In this document: in pieces, positions 1 through 10,221 of the stretch
Position numbering within the stretch: position 1 is the first letter of the stretch
Layout: each line of letters begins with the position of its first letter
IMG/VR virus record: IMGVR_UViG_2595698649_000001
Coordinates: 64,001-128,000 of that record
DNA length: 64,000 bases
Direction: 5' to 3' (one strand)
Source of the DNA: a virus
Lineage: Duplodnaviria > Caudoviricetes
Notes under the pieces: generated by a model
What the model saw: the letters and a program-made list of their open reading frames with translations, nothing else
Told to the model about the DNA's origin: nothing
Database searches by the model: none
Translations under genes and position numbers: made by a program

Positions 1-2
1 TC

Positions 3-1157
3 TCATTTGAAAACTGGAATGGTGACGGTGAGAAATACTTTCATCCTTTTGCAGTACAAAATAAATATAAACATTTTAGTATAGACAATTTATTTGGTTA
101 TGATAGTTATGATTATTATTTAAAACATTTAATTCACAGAAAAATGCCTTTGAAAGAGCATACTTATGCGTCTATACAATCATATAAGAATGTTGTTGAT
201 ACAGATAATATAGATAACTCTATACACTTTGACGCACACCTTTTAGCAGATTATCTTAAAAAAATTACAAAAGTTGATAAACATATCTATGATGAAATTA
301 AAACTACACAACAAGACGAACATGGTAATATAACTAAAATAAATAATGTAGAATGTGATTTAGTTTTTGATTGCACAGGTTTTCGTAGAGAGTTAATTGG
401 TAAGTTATATAAGTCAGAATGGAAAAGTTATCAGGATTGTTTACCAATTAAGAGAGCAATACCTTTCTTTTTACCACCTGAAGATAAACCTTACACACAA
501 GCAATCGCAATGAAATATGGTTGGGTATGGAAGATACCTTTACAACATAGATGTGGTGCAGGTTATATATTTGATAGTGATTATATAACAGACGAAGAAG
601 CATTTGCTGAAGCAAAAGAAATGTTTCCTGATATAGAATATACAAGAACAATAAAGTTTGACGCAGGTAGATTTAAACAAACATGGATAAAAAATTGTAT
701 TGCAGTAGGTTTATCTTCTGGTTTTACAGAACCACTTGAAGCAACATCTATTTGGATGGCAACTGAACAATTAAAATTACTTGAAACATTTATTGACATT
801 ATGTTTACAAATGATGAAGATACTAAACAAGATTATAACGAAGTTATTGCAAATAATAATGATATGGTTATGGAGTTTTTACACTATCACTATATGACTA
901 AAAGAGACGATAGTCCTTTTTGGAAAGAGTTTAGAAATAAAAACAATTTACCTGACTTTAATGTTAAGTTATCTAAAATACAAAAAGGTAATTTAAGATG
1001 GTATCATACAACAGGTGAAAAGATTACATCAACATTTAATCTTATGTCATGGTTGCATGTAGGCGAAGGTCTAGGTCTTATCAAAGATATAAGTATTAAA
1101 GGGTATGAAAATTTAAACCCAACAGTAGAAGAATATGGCAGACACTTACCTAGGTAA
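3..1157 (+). CDS. Flavin-dependent tryptophan halogenase-like protein (5' end outside window)
   Basis: Frame is open from base 3 (SFENWNGDGEKYFHPF). Motifs DCTGF, GWVWKIPL (WxWxIP) and GLSSGFTEPLEATSI are typical of PrnA-family halogenases. Confidence 0.88.
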   Translation, partial: SFENWNGDGEKYFHPFAVQNKYKHFSIDNLFGYDSYDYYLKHLIHRKMPLKEHTYASIQSYKNVVDTDNIDNSIHFDAHLLADYLKKITKVDKHIYDEIKTTQQDEHGNITKINNVECDLVFDCTGFRRELIGKLYKSEWKSYQDCLPIKRAIPFFLPPEDKPYTQAIAMKYGWVWKIPLQHRCGAGYIFDSDYITDEEAFAEAKEMFPDIEYTRTIKFDAGRFKQTWIKNCIAVGLSSGFTEPLEATSIWMATEQLKLLETFIDIMFTNDEDTKQDYNEVIANNNDMVMEFLHYHYMTKRDDSPFWKEFRNKNNLPDFNVKLSKIQKGNLRWYHTTGEKITSTFNLMSWLHVGEGLGLIKDISIKGYENLNPTVEEYGRHLPR

Positions 1158-2772
1158 TCCTAATTTAAAAGCGGCTAATCAAAAGATACGCTTTACAAAA
1201 AAACAAGTAAGAGAGTTTCTTGCTTGTCAGGAGAATCCTGTTTACTTTATAGAAAACTACATTAAGATTGTTACACTAGACCACGGTCTACAACAATTCA
1301 AAATGTATAACTTTCAAAAAGAAATGGTAGATACTTTCCATGATAATCGTTTTAGTATTTGTAAACTACCAAGACAAACTGGTAAGTCAACAACAATTAT
1401 ATCTTATCTATTACATTATGCTATCTTTAACGCAAACACAAATATTGCCATACTTGCAAACAAAGCTGCGATTGCAAGAGACCTATTAGGTCGTTTACAA
1501 CTTGCATATGAGAATTTACCTAAGTGGTTACAACAAGGTGTTATAAACTGGAACAAAGGTAGTTTAGAATTAGAAAATGGTAGTAGAATACTTGCAGCTG
1601 CTACATCATCAAGTGCCGTACGGGGTGGTTCTTATAATGTAATATTCTTAGATGAGTTTGCTTATGTACCAAATAACATTGCAGAGCAATTTTTTAGTTC
1701 AGTTTATCCTACAATATCTTCTGGTAAAAGTTCTAAAGTAATGATTGTATCTACACCACATGGTATGAATATGTTTTACAAAATGTGGAATGACGCAACA
1801 CACAAACGAAATAGTTATGTACCTATTGAAGTGCATTGGTCAGAGGTACCAGGTAGAGACGAGAAGTGGAAAGATGAAACAATAAAGAACACAAGTGAAC
1901 AACAGTTTAGAACGGAGTTTGAATGTGAGTTCTTAGGTAGTGTAGATACATTAATTAATAGTTCTAAGTTAAGAGTGTTATCACATAACCCACCAATTCA
2001 ATCTAATGCAGGTTTAGATATACACGAAATGCCACAAAAAGGTAGAAGATATGTTGTTACAGTTGATGTTGCAAGAGGCACAGTCAATGACTATTCTGCT
2101 TTTATAGTTACAGACGCAAGTCAAATACCTTACAAAGTAGTTGCAAAGTATAAGAACAATGAAATTAAACCTTTACTCTTTCCTCAAGTAATTCATAAGA
2201 TTGCAAAGTCATATAACAATGCAGAAATATTAGTTGAAGTAAATGATATTGGTGGTCAAGTTGCAGACACTTTACAGTTTGATTTAGAATACGACAATCT
2301 GATTATGGTTAATCAAAGAGGTCGTTCAGGTCAAATTGCAGGTACAGGATTTAGTGGTAAGAAATCACAACTAGGATTGCGTACAACTAAGGCGACAAAG
2401 AAAATAGGTTGTTCAAATTTAAAAGCAATGATAGAATTAGATAAGTACATAATCCAAGATTTTGATATAATCTCAGAATTATCAACTTATGTATTAAAAG
2501 GTAAAGAAAAATACGAAGCAGAGGAAGGTAGTTCAGACGACTTAGTAACTTGCCTTGTTATGTTTGCCTGGTTGTCAAACCAAATGTATTTTAAAGAGTT
2601 AACAGACCAAGATATACGAGCAAGACTTGTAGATGAACAACAAAATCAAATGGACCAAGACATGGCGCCATTTGGATTTGTAGATGACGGAATAGAAAGT
2701 CCTGAGGGAGAAACATATAAGGACCCATATGGGACTAGTTGGAGTCCTGTCAAATACAAGAGAGGTTGGTAA
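1135..2772 (+). CDS. gp17: Terminase large subunit (T4 gp17-like)
   Basis: YLGNPNLK N-terminus, Walker A PRQTGKST, Walker B IFLDEFA, VSTPHG motif, RNase H-like DVARG...DD nuclease domain. Confidence 0.97.
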   Translation: MADTYLGNPNLKAANQKIRFTKKQVREFLACQENPVYFIENYIKIVTLDHGLQQFKMYNFQKEMVDTFHDNRFSICKLPRQTGKSTTIISYLLHYAIFNANTNIAILANKAAIARDLLGRLQLAYENLPKWLQQGVINWNKGSLELENGSRILAAATSSSAVRGGSYNVIFLDEFAYVPNNIAEQFFSSVYPTISSGKSSKVMIVSTPHGMNMFYKMWNDATHKRNSYVPIEVHWSEVPGRDEKWKDETIKNTSEQQFRTEFECEFLGSVDTLINSSKLRVLSHNPPIQSNAGLDIHEMPQKGRRYVVTVDVARGTVNDYSAFIVTDASQIPYKVVAKYKNNEIKPLLFPQVIHKIAKSYNNAEILVEVNDIGGQVADTLQFDLEYDNLIMVNQRGRSGQIAGTGFSGKKSQLGLRTTKATKKIGCSNLKAMIELDKYIIQDFDIISELSTYVLKGKEKYEAEEGSSDDLVTCLVMFAWLSNQMYFKELTDQDIRARLVDEQQNQMDQDMAPFGFVDDGIESPEGETYKDPYGTSWSPVKYKRGW

Positions 2773-2783
2773 ATCTTGCGTAT

Positions 2784-2791
2784 TATAAATA
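2784..2791 (+). promoter_or_regulatory. T4-type late promoter TATAAATA upstream of gp18
   Basis: Exact gp55 late consensus in the intergenic gap before the sheath gene. Confidence 0.8.
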
Positions 2792-2852
2792 GAAGTGAGA
2801 TTAACAATAATCTCAAATTAATATATTAATTTAATTAAGAGGAGAAAACAAG

Positions 2853-4838
2853 ATGGCTTTTTTAGTTTCACCTGGTGTTCTCGTAACAGAAAAAGACCTT
2901 ACTAACGTAGTACCAGCTGTATCATCATCTATTGGTGGTTTAGTTGTAGTTAGTGAGAAAGGTCCAATGGATGAGATTACTTTAATCTCAAGCGAAGATG
3001 AGTATGTTAGCACGTTTGGTAAACCAGACGCTAACACTTTTGAATATTTTTTTACGGCAGCCAACTTTTTACAATACGGAAATGCCTTAAGGGTAGTAAG
3101 AGCAGTCACTGGTAATCTGAACGCAGGTTCAAGTTCAGGTTTACAAGTTAAAAATACGACTGACTACTTAGACAATTATAGCGACGGTTCTGGTTCAGTA
3201 GGCTCATGGCTTGCAAGAGAAGCAGGAACTCAAGGTAACAACTTAAAAGTATCTATGTGTACGAATAGCAATGCATATGCAAGTGCTGGTGGTGCTTCTA
3301 ACTTAGTAAATGACGCTTCAGCGGCAATTGGTGATACTACTATCACAATTGATGACGCTGGTGGAGATAAAATCCAAGCAGGCGACATTATTGAGTTTGG
3401 AGATATCTCTGGTAACTTCAATGCAGCTCCTTCAGGACAATACTACAAAGTAACAAGTGTTGATGGTGCAGTTCTAACCATTGCAAGATTTAATCCTGCA
3501 ACTGGTTCAACTGAAACTGGCGGATTAAGACACGCTGTTACTGATAACGCATACTTTAGAAGATTTTGGGAATACTATTTCAATTTCTCAGCTGCACCAA
3601 CATCAACAGATGATGTTGTAAACGCAGGTGGTTCTAATGATGAGTTACATATTGTAGTTGTTGACGAAGATGGCGGTATTTCAGGCACAGCAGGTACTAT
3701 ATTAGAAACACACGAAGGATTATCACAAGCTTCAGACGCTAAAGACGCTCAAGGTGATTCCAATTATTATGTTGACGCTCTATACAATAGAAGTCAATAT
3801 ATTTACTGGATGGACCACGACACAACTTTAGCAAATGCAGGTAGTTCAAAAGTAGGTCAATCATTTGATAATACTGGTGCTCAAACTATTTCAGTTTTCA
3901 GTTCTAGTCTTACAGGTGGTACAGACGATAACGCACCAACAAACGCTGAATTAGCATTAGGTTACGATAAATTTGCTGATGCTGCTTCTGTTGATGTTAA
4001 CTTACTTATGACTGGTCCTTCACAAACAGGTGCTGACGCAACTGGAGATACCAAAGCAACTAAAGTTATTGACATAGTTGAAGCAAGAAAAGATTGTGTA
4101 GCATTTATTTCACCTGCTAGAGCAGATGTTGTAAACGTAAGCGATCCTATTGCACAAACTGTTAATGTTAAAGCTTTTGCAGACGGTCTTGCTTCAAGTT
4201 CATATGCAGTTATTGATAGTGGATACAAATACATGTACGACAAATACAACGGCGTATATAGATATGTTCCATTAAACGGTGACATTGCTGGACTTTGTGC
4301 TAGAACAGACGCAGTTGCTGACAGTTGGTTCTCACCGGCTGGGTTTACAAGAGGTCAGATTAGAGGTGCAGTTAAACTTGCCTTTGATCCTAACCAAGCG
4401 CAAAGAGACGACTTATACAAAGCAAGAGTAAATCCTGTGGTAACATTCCCAGGACAAGGTACTGTATTGTTTGGTGATAAGACAGCTCAAGCGAAACCTA
4501 GTGCTTTTGACAGAATAAATGTTAGAAGATTGTTCATAACTATGGAAAAGGCAATATCAACTGCTGCTAAATTCCAACTCTTTGAGTTCAATGATGAATT
4601 TACAAGAGCGAATTTCAGAAACTTGATAGAACCGTTCCTTAGAGACGTACAAGGTAGACGTGGTATCACAGACTTTAAAGTAGTGTGTGATGAAACAAAC
4701 AATGTAAGTGCAGTTATAGATAGAAACGAATTTGTTGCAGACATATTTGTCAAACCAAATCGTTCTATTAACTTCATTAAACTTAACTTCGTTGCTACAA
4801 GAACAGGCGTTGCCTTTTCTGAAGTAGCAGGCGCATAA
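2853..4838 (+). CDS. gp18: Tail sheath protein
   Basis: SPGVLVTEKDLT N-terminus; WFSPAG, FGDKT and RINVRRLF motifs; synteny with gp17/gp19. Confidence 0.97.
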   Translation: MAFLVSPGVLVTEKDLTNVVPAVSSSIGGLVVVSEKGPMDEITLISSEDEYVSTFGKPDANTFEYFFTAANFLQYGNALRVVRAVTGNLNAGSSSGLQVKNTTDYLDNYSDGSGSVGSWLAREAGTQGNNLKVSMCTNSNAYASAGGASNLVNDASAAIGDTTITIDDAGGDKIQAGDIIEFGDISGNFNAAPSGQYYKVTSVDGAVLTIARFNPATGSTETGGLRHAVTDNAYFRRFWEYYFNFSAAPTSTDDVVNAGGSNDELHIVVVDEDGGISGTAGTILETHEGLSQASDAKDAQGDSNYYVDALYNRSQYIYWMDHDTTLANAGSSKVGQSFDNTGAQTISVFSSSLTGGTDDNAPTNAELALGYDKFADAASVDVNLLMTGPSQTGADATGDTKATKVIDIVEARKDCVAFISPARADVVNVSDPIAQTVNVKAFADGLASSSYAVIDSGYKYMYDKYNGVYRYVPLNGDIAGLCARTDAVADSWFSPAGFTRGQIRGAVKLAFDPNQAQRDDLYKARVNPVVTFPGQGTVLFGDKTAQAKPSAFDRINVRRLFITMEKAISTAAKFQLFEFNDEFTRANFRNLIEPFLRDVQGRRGITDFKVVCDETNNVSAVIDRNEFVADIFVKPNRSINFIKLNFVATRTGVAFSEVAGA

Positions 4839-4855
4839 TAGAGAGGAAATAAAAA

Positions 4856-5383
4856 ATGGCAAACGTATCAGACTTTATCTCCAAACTAAAAGGCGGCGGA
4901 GCAAGACAAAATCAGTTTAAGGTTACAATGCCTTTCCCTGGTTTTGCTTCTGTGGGTGGCGAAACTGAGAACATGTCGTTCTTATGTTCAGCAACTCAGC
5001 TTCCAAGTTCTGAGTTAGGAGAATTAACTGTAAACTTTAGAGGTAGACCAATACATATGGCTGGTGATAGAACATTCCAAACTTGGAGTACAACTATTAT
5101 CAACGATACTTCTTTTGATATCAGAAATGCTATTGAAAGATGGTCAAATGGTATTAACAACCATAGTGACAACGAAGGTTTAAACAACCCTACTGACTAT
5201 CAAGTGGACGCATTTATTGACCACTTAGATAGAAATGGTAATACAATCAAATCGTACACATTTAGAGGATTATTTCCTTTAACAATAGGTACAGTTGATT
5301 TAAACTATGATCCAGTAAGTGCGTTAGAGACTTTTGAATGTACATGGAGATACCAATACTGGGAAAGTAACACTACAACGTAA
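4856..5383 (+). CDS. gp19: Tail tube protein
   Basis: GGARQNQFKV, FRGR..AGDRTF and YQYWE motifs; follows the sheath gene. Confidence 0.95.
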   Translation: MANVSDFISKLKGGGARQNQFKVTMPFPGFASVGGETENMSFLCSATQLPSSELGELTVNFRGRPIHMAGDRTFQTWSTTIINDTSFDIRNAIERWSNGINNHSDNEGLNNPTDYQVDAFIDHLDRNGNTIKSYTFRGLFPLTIGTVDLNYDPVSALETFECTWRYQYWESNTTT

Positions 5384-5391
5384 TGTTGTGA

Positions 5392-5422
5392 ATTTATAGC
5401 GGTCTCCGGGCCGCTATAAATA
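5392..5422 (+). terminator. Strong hairpin after gp19 whose 3' arm contains a late promoter TATAAATA (5415-5422) for gp20
   Basis: ATTTATAGCGGTC-TCCG-GGCCGCTATAAAT inverted repeat. Confidence 0.65.
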
Positions 5423-5452
5423 GAAATAAAAGATAATGAAAAGGAGAATGTA

Positions 5453-6976
5453 GTGGCAGAATTTTTTGGCTTTGAAATCAAAAGAGCAAGCACCAAGAAC
5501 ACTAGTCAATCGTTTACAGCGCCAACAGCAGATGATGGCGTTCAAACAATTATGGGTGGTGGACATTATGGTACTTACTTAGATATTGAAGGAAAAGTAA
5601 ACAACGAAGCAGATTTAATTAGAAGGTATAGAGAGGTTGCTATGCAACCTGAGTGTGACCAAGCGATTGAAGATGTTATCAATGAAGGTATAGTAATTGA
5701 TGACAATAGAGAAACAATCAGATTAAACATGCATACAGTACCTTTTGGTACATCAATCAAAAAAAAGATAGAAGAAGAATTTAATAATATTCTTTCGTTA
5801 TTGGAATTTGAGCAAAAAGGACATGACATATTTCGTAGATGGTATGTTGATGGCAGAATAGTATATCATAAGATAATAGACCCTAAAAATATAAAAGCAG
5901 GTATTACTGAATTAAGATATATTGATCCTAGAAAAATTAAGAAAGTTCGTAAACCTAAGAAGACTGAGGGCGCACAAACTTTTAGACCTAAAGACCAAAA
6001 CGCACCACCAGTTGTAGATTTTGAAGAATTTTATATTTACAATGAGAAAGGTGTACAACCGGGAGCAAGTTCAACACAAGGTTTAGCAATTAGTAAAGAT
6101 AGTATTGCTTTCTGTCCGTCAGGAATGATTGACCAACAAAGAAACATGATACTATCACATTTACATAAGGCGATTAAACCTGTCAATCAATTAAGAATGA
6201 TTGAAGATAGTATTGTTATATACAGAATATCCAGAGCGCCTGAAAGAAGAATATTTTACATTGATGTAGGTAACTTACCAAAAGCAAAAGCAGAGCAATA
6301 CCTAAAAGATGTAATGAACAGATATAGAAACAAACTTGTCTATGACGCAAGTACAGGTGAAATAAGAGACGATAGACAATACATGTCTATGTTAGAAGAC
6401 TTCTGGTTACCAAGACGAGAAGGTGGTAGAGGTACAGAAATTACTACACTACCAGGTGGTTCTAACTTAGGTGAAGTAGAAGATATCAAATACTTTCAAA
6501 AGAAACTTTACAAGTCATTAAATGTTCCTGTATCCAGATTAGAAGCTGAAGGTAGTTTCAATATGGGTAGAGCGACTGAGATTAATAGAGACGAATTAAA
6601 GTTTAGTAAATTTGTTGATAGACTAAGAACAAGATTTAATTCTTTATTCCATGATTTATTGAAAACACAATTAATACTAAAAGGTATTGTTACAATAGAA
6701 GATTGGGAAAACAGTTTAGCAAGAACAATCAGATACAACTATGTAAATGACGGTTACTATGCTGAAATAAAAGAAGCAGAAATGTTTAAAGAAAGAATGG
6801 AAATTTATCGTAACTTGAAAGATAGTGAAATGATAGGTAACATTTATTCTAAAGAGTGGGCAATGAAGAACATTTTGAAAATGACTGACATTGACATTGA
6901 TGAAGAACAAACAAAAATAGAAAAAGAAAAGGAGGCGGAAGCGCCACCAGAAGGAGAAGATGATGGACAATTCTAA
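5453..6976 (+). CDS. gp20: Portal vertex protein
   Basis: RRWYVDG, YRISRAPERRIFYIDVGNLP and EDFWLPRREGGRGTEI motifs; GTG start with AGGAG SD. Confidence 0.97.
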   Translation: MAEFFGFEIKRASTKNTSQSFTAPTADDGVQTIMGGGHYGTYLDIEGKVNNEADLIRRYREVAMQPECDQAIEDVINEGIVIDDNRETIRLNMHTVPFGTSIKKKIEEEFNNILSLLEFEQKGHDIFRRWYVDGRIVYHKIIDPKNIKAGITELRYIDPRKIKKVRKPKKTEGAQTFRPKDQNAPPVVDFEEFYIYNEKGVQPGASSTQGLAISKDSIAFCPSGMIDQQRNMILSHLHKAIKPVNQLRMIEDSIVIYRISRAPERRIFYIDVGNLPKAKAEQYLKDVMNRYRNKLVYDASTGEIRDDRQYMSMLEDFWLPRREGGRGTEITTLPGGSNLGEVEDIKYFQKKLYKSLNVPVSRLEAEGSFNMGRATEINRDELKFSKFVDRLRTRFNSLFHDLLKTQLILKGIVTIEDWENSLARTIRYNYVNDGYYAEIKEAEMFKERMEIYRNLKDSEMIGNIYSKEWAMKNILKMTDIDIDEEQTKIEKEKEAEAPPEGEDDGQF

Positions 6977-7169
6977 CCCAACAAGAGATATGATTGACGC
7001 TTTGGAAAAAGGCGATAAGTTAAGTGCTGAGAAAGCATTTAAGTCTGCTTTATCAGATAAAGTAGGAACTGAATTAGATGACAAGCGTAAAGACGTTGCG
7101 TCAACAATCATGGCAAAGGAACCAGAAACGAATGATAACGCTGAGCAATCTACGGAAATTGACGACTGA
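6960..7169 (+). CDS. Small acidic prohead core protein (gp67-like position)
   Basis: 69-aa acidic ORF directly after the portal gene; call rests on synteny only. Confidence 0.5.
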   Translation: MMDNSNPTRDMIDALEKGDKLSAEKAFKSALSDKVGTELDDKRKDVASTIMAKEPETNDNAEQSTEIDD

Positions 7170-7380
7170 AAAAACAGACCATAGAAGGTCACCAGTCTAT
7201 AAAAAACTAGCGCCAAAAGCAAAAGAGGCGGTAGATGATGTATATGCTCAGATGGAAAAAACACCTGGTAAAGTGTTAATGAATTTTAGTAAAGTTATGA
7301 AAGATGTTACTAAAAAATACAAAGTACAACAAAAAGATATTGTTGCTTATTTCAAAAAAGAAACAGGCATAACCATATAA
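7132..7380 (+). CDS. Small basic head-region protein (gp68-like position)
   Basis: Likely start ATG 7132 (MITLSNLRKLTTE), ending in a possible protease site; Lys-rich. Confidence 0.5.
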   Translation: MITLSNLRKLTTEKTDHRRSPVYKKLAPKAKEAVDDVYAQMEKTPGKVLMNFSKVMKDVTKKYKVQQKDIVAYFKKETGITI

Positions 7381-7392
7381 AGGAGAGTAAAA

Positions 7393-7797
7393 ATGGCAAT
7401 AGTAAACGCAAGAAATTTAGTAGATAGTGAAACGAGAACAGTAAGAATGTTTGAGATTAACAATGCTACTAACTCAAATGTAGTATGTGTGGACGCAAGT
7501 GCATTAAGAGGTCACTCGTCTAACCCAACACTACACATAAGAAGTATTAAATGGAATACAACGGCAGCAACAAGTGATATATCATTATTATTTGACGCAA
7601 GTTCAAACGACCATGCTATATCAATACATGGTAGTGGCGAGTATGGGTTTCATGGTAAACAACCATTGATAACAAATCCAGAAAGTTCAGGCGTAACAGG
7701 TGATATTTTAATTACCAACGCTAGTGCTGCTACTGGTACAATAATAATTGAAGTAACCAAAGCAAAAGGTTATACTGCCTCAGGACAGACTAGATAA
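7393..7797 (+). CDS. Putative virion structural protein (paralog A)
   Basis: Beta-rich; AGGAG SD; shares G.TGDIL and IILEV-type motifs with the next ORF. Confidence 0.55.
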   Translation: MAIVNARNLVDSETRTVRMFEINNATNSNVVCVDASALRGHSSNPTLHIRSIKWNTTAATSDISLLFDASSNDHAISIHGSGEYGFHGKQPLITNPESSGVTGDILITNASAATGTIIIEVTKAKGYTASGQTR

Positions 7798-8183
7798 TGG
7801 CTGATACAGTATCAACACAAACTATAACAGACGTTGCAGGTTCTAAAACTGTAATGAAGTTTACGAACAAATCTGATGGTACAGGAGAGAGTTTAGTAGA
7901 GAAGATGACAAGTGCAAACTTAAATCACTTATCAACTTCTACTAAAATTGCTAGAGTGATTTATAGTGTAAACACTACGGACCCAAAAGGGTCCGTAGAA
8001 ATCCTATTTGAAGGAACTACTAACGCAACGGCGCTGTTTTTATCTGGTCAAGGCACGATAGACTTACAGACGCCGGCAATACAAATAGCTAACAATGCAG
8101 GGACACCTACAGGTGATATTCTGTTTTCTACGCATAATTTTGTGAATGGAGACAGTTATTCTATCATTTTAGAGGTGCGATAA
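7797..8183 (+). CDS. Putative virion structural protein (paralog B)
   Basis: Tandem paralog (PTGDILFST...SIILEV) with overlapping stop/start. Confidence 0.55.
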   Translation: MADTVSTQTITDVAGSKTVMKFTNKSDGTGESLVEKMTSANLNHLSTSTKIARVIYSVNTTDPKGSVEILFEGTTNATALFLSGQGTIDLQTPAIQIANNAGTPTGDILFSTHNFVNGDSYSIILEVR

Positions 8184-8210
8184 CATAAATAGGACTAAAG
8201 GAATAAACAT

Positions 8211-8867
8211 ATGAAACTAATTACAGAGGAACTTACTGACGTTCAGTTGATTGCAGAAGCAGACGAAAACGGCAAAAAGTCACACAAAATCAAGGGGATA
8301 TTCATGCAGGCGAATATTAAGAACCGTAATGGTCGTGTTTATCCACAAGAAGTTTTAGAAAACGAAGTAAACAGATATAGAAAAGAATTTATCAATAAAA
8401 AGAGAGCATTTGGTGAGTTAGGACATCCTGACGGACCAACTGTAAACTTAGAGAGAGTATCACACATAATTACATCATTAGAAGGCGACGGCAAAGGCAA
8501 CTATGTTGGCGAAGCAAAAGTGACTGATACACCTTATGGTAAGATTGTGAAGTCTTTGATAGACGAAGGCGCACAACTAGGAGTTTCGTCAAGGGGCATG
8601 GGTTCCTTGGAGAATAAAGGCGGTACTAACTATGTAAAATCAGACTTTTACTTAGCGACTGCTGCTGACATTGTTGCAGATCCATCTGCTCCAAGTGCAT
8701 TTGTACAAGGTGTTATGGAAGGCAAAGAGTGGGTATGGGACAATGGTATCGTTAAAGAAAAAGATATTTCTGAAATACAACAAGAAATTGAAGCTGCTCG
8801 AAGACATGAGTTAGCTGAAAAACAAACCGCTGCTTTTGAAAAATTTATGCGAAAAGTCGCAAAATAA
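8211..8867 (+). CDS. gp21: Prohead maturation protease
   Basis: NRNGRVYP, GELGHP and GVSSRGMGSL catalytic motifs. Confidence 0.96.
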   Translation: MKLITEELTDVQLIAEADENGKKSHKIKGIFMQANIKNRNGRVYPQEVLENEVNRYRKEFINKKRAFGELGHPDGPTVNLERVSHIITSLEGDGKGNYVGEAKVTDTPYGKIVKSLIDEGAQLGVSSRGMGSLENKGGTNYVKSDFYLATAADIVADPSAPSAFVQGVMEGKEWVWDNGIVKEKDISEIQQEIEAARRHELAEKQTAAFEKFMRKVAK

Positions 8868-8921
8868 TAAATAGTAGTACGCAAATTAATTAATTAATTT
8901 TGACTTATAGGAGAGTTAAAA

Positions 8922-10201
8922 ATGGAAGAAAATAAAACAATCGTTTCTGAAGCTCCTAAGGGTGCAGACGCTCCAAAAGCAGGTGCTGGTAAAGCAGAAC
9001 CAATGCAGAAAATGGGTGATTTTGAAGATGGCGGAAAAGCAGTGACTTCTCCAACAGACGCAAGTTCAACTGACCATGCAAAAAAAGCTAAAAAAGATAC
9101 GTCAGCTCCTACGAAAGGTGCATCTCCAGCAGAACCAATGCAAAAATTGAATGCTGAAGACGAAAAAGAAAACGATAAAGTAAAAAAGAAGCAGCGCATG
9201 ATGATGACGCTGATGAAAAAGAAGACGATAAAGAAAAAGTTGCTGAAATGCCGAAAACAAAAGCTGGTATAATCCAAGCTATGTATGACGCAATGGGCAA
9301 AAAGAAAAAATCAGACTTAGCCGCTTCATACGGAAAAATGATGGCAGCTATGAATGGCGACGAAGATGAAAAAGACATGGACGAAGCTAAACATTCTGAC
9401 GAAGAAGATAAAGAGAAAAAAGAAAAAATGGAAAAAAGAGTTAAAGACATTGACGTAAAAGAAGATGTTGCTGCTCTAGTTTCTGGTGATGACACTTTAT
9501 CTGAAACTTTTAAAGACAAAGCTGCTACTATCTTTGAAGCTGCTGTTAAATCAAAAGTGAAAACTGAGATTAGCAGATTAGAAGATGAGTATTCTGCTGA
9601 GTTATCTGAAGCAACTGAAACATTCAAAAACGATTTAACAAACAAAGTTGATAACTACTTGAACTATGTTGTTGAACAATGGATGTCAGAAAACGAACTT
9701 GCTATTGAAAAAGGTATCAAGGGAGAAATTGCTGAAGACTTTATTGGTGGTTTAAAACAATTATTTGAAGACCATTACATTGATATACCAGATGAAAAGT
9801 ATGACGTACTTGAAGCTAAAGAACAAGAAGTTGAAGAGCTGAAAGCTAAGTTAAACGAAACAACTGAGAAATCAATGGAAATGAAAAAACAAATTAACGA
9901 ATTTTCAAAAGATGAAATTTTAGACGAAGTAACTTCTGGTCTTGCTGACACAGAGGTTGAGAAACTAAAATCATTAATTGAAGATGTTAGTTACGAAGGT
10001 GCAGACGAGTATAAGAAAAAGTTAACTACTATTAAAGAAAGTTACTTTGGAAATGCTAAATCAGCGCCTGCTTCAACTGAAAATGTTGACGCACAATCTA
10101 ACTCCGAAGATGGTAACACAGTAACAGATATGTCTGATAGCATGTCTCGTTATACGGCTGCAATTAGTAGGGTAAAAAGTAGAGATATCTACAACAATTA
10201 A
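8922..10201 (+). CDS. gp22: Prohead core scaffold protein, split by a -1 frame change at the A-run 9182-9187
   Basis: ORFs 8922..9272 and 9248..10201 join into one acidic protein (..KVK/KEAAHDDDADEKEDDKEKVAEMPK..). The C-terminal part has the KAATIFEAAV and YLNYVVEQW gp22 motifs. Confidence 0.88.
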
Positions 10202-10221
10202 AAAACTAAGGAGAGACTTAA

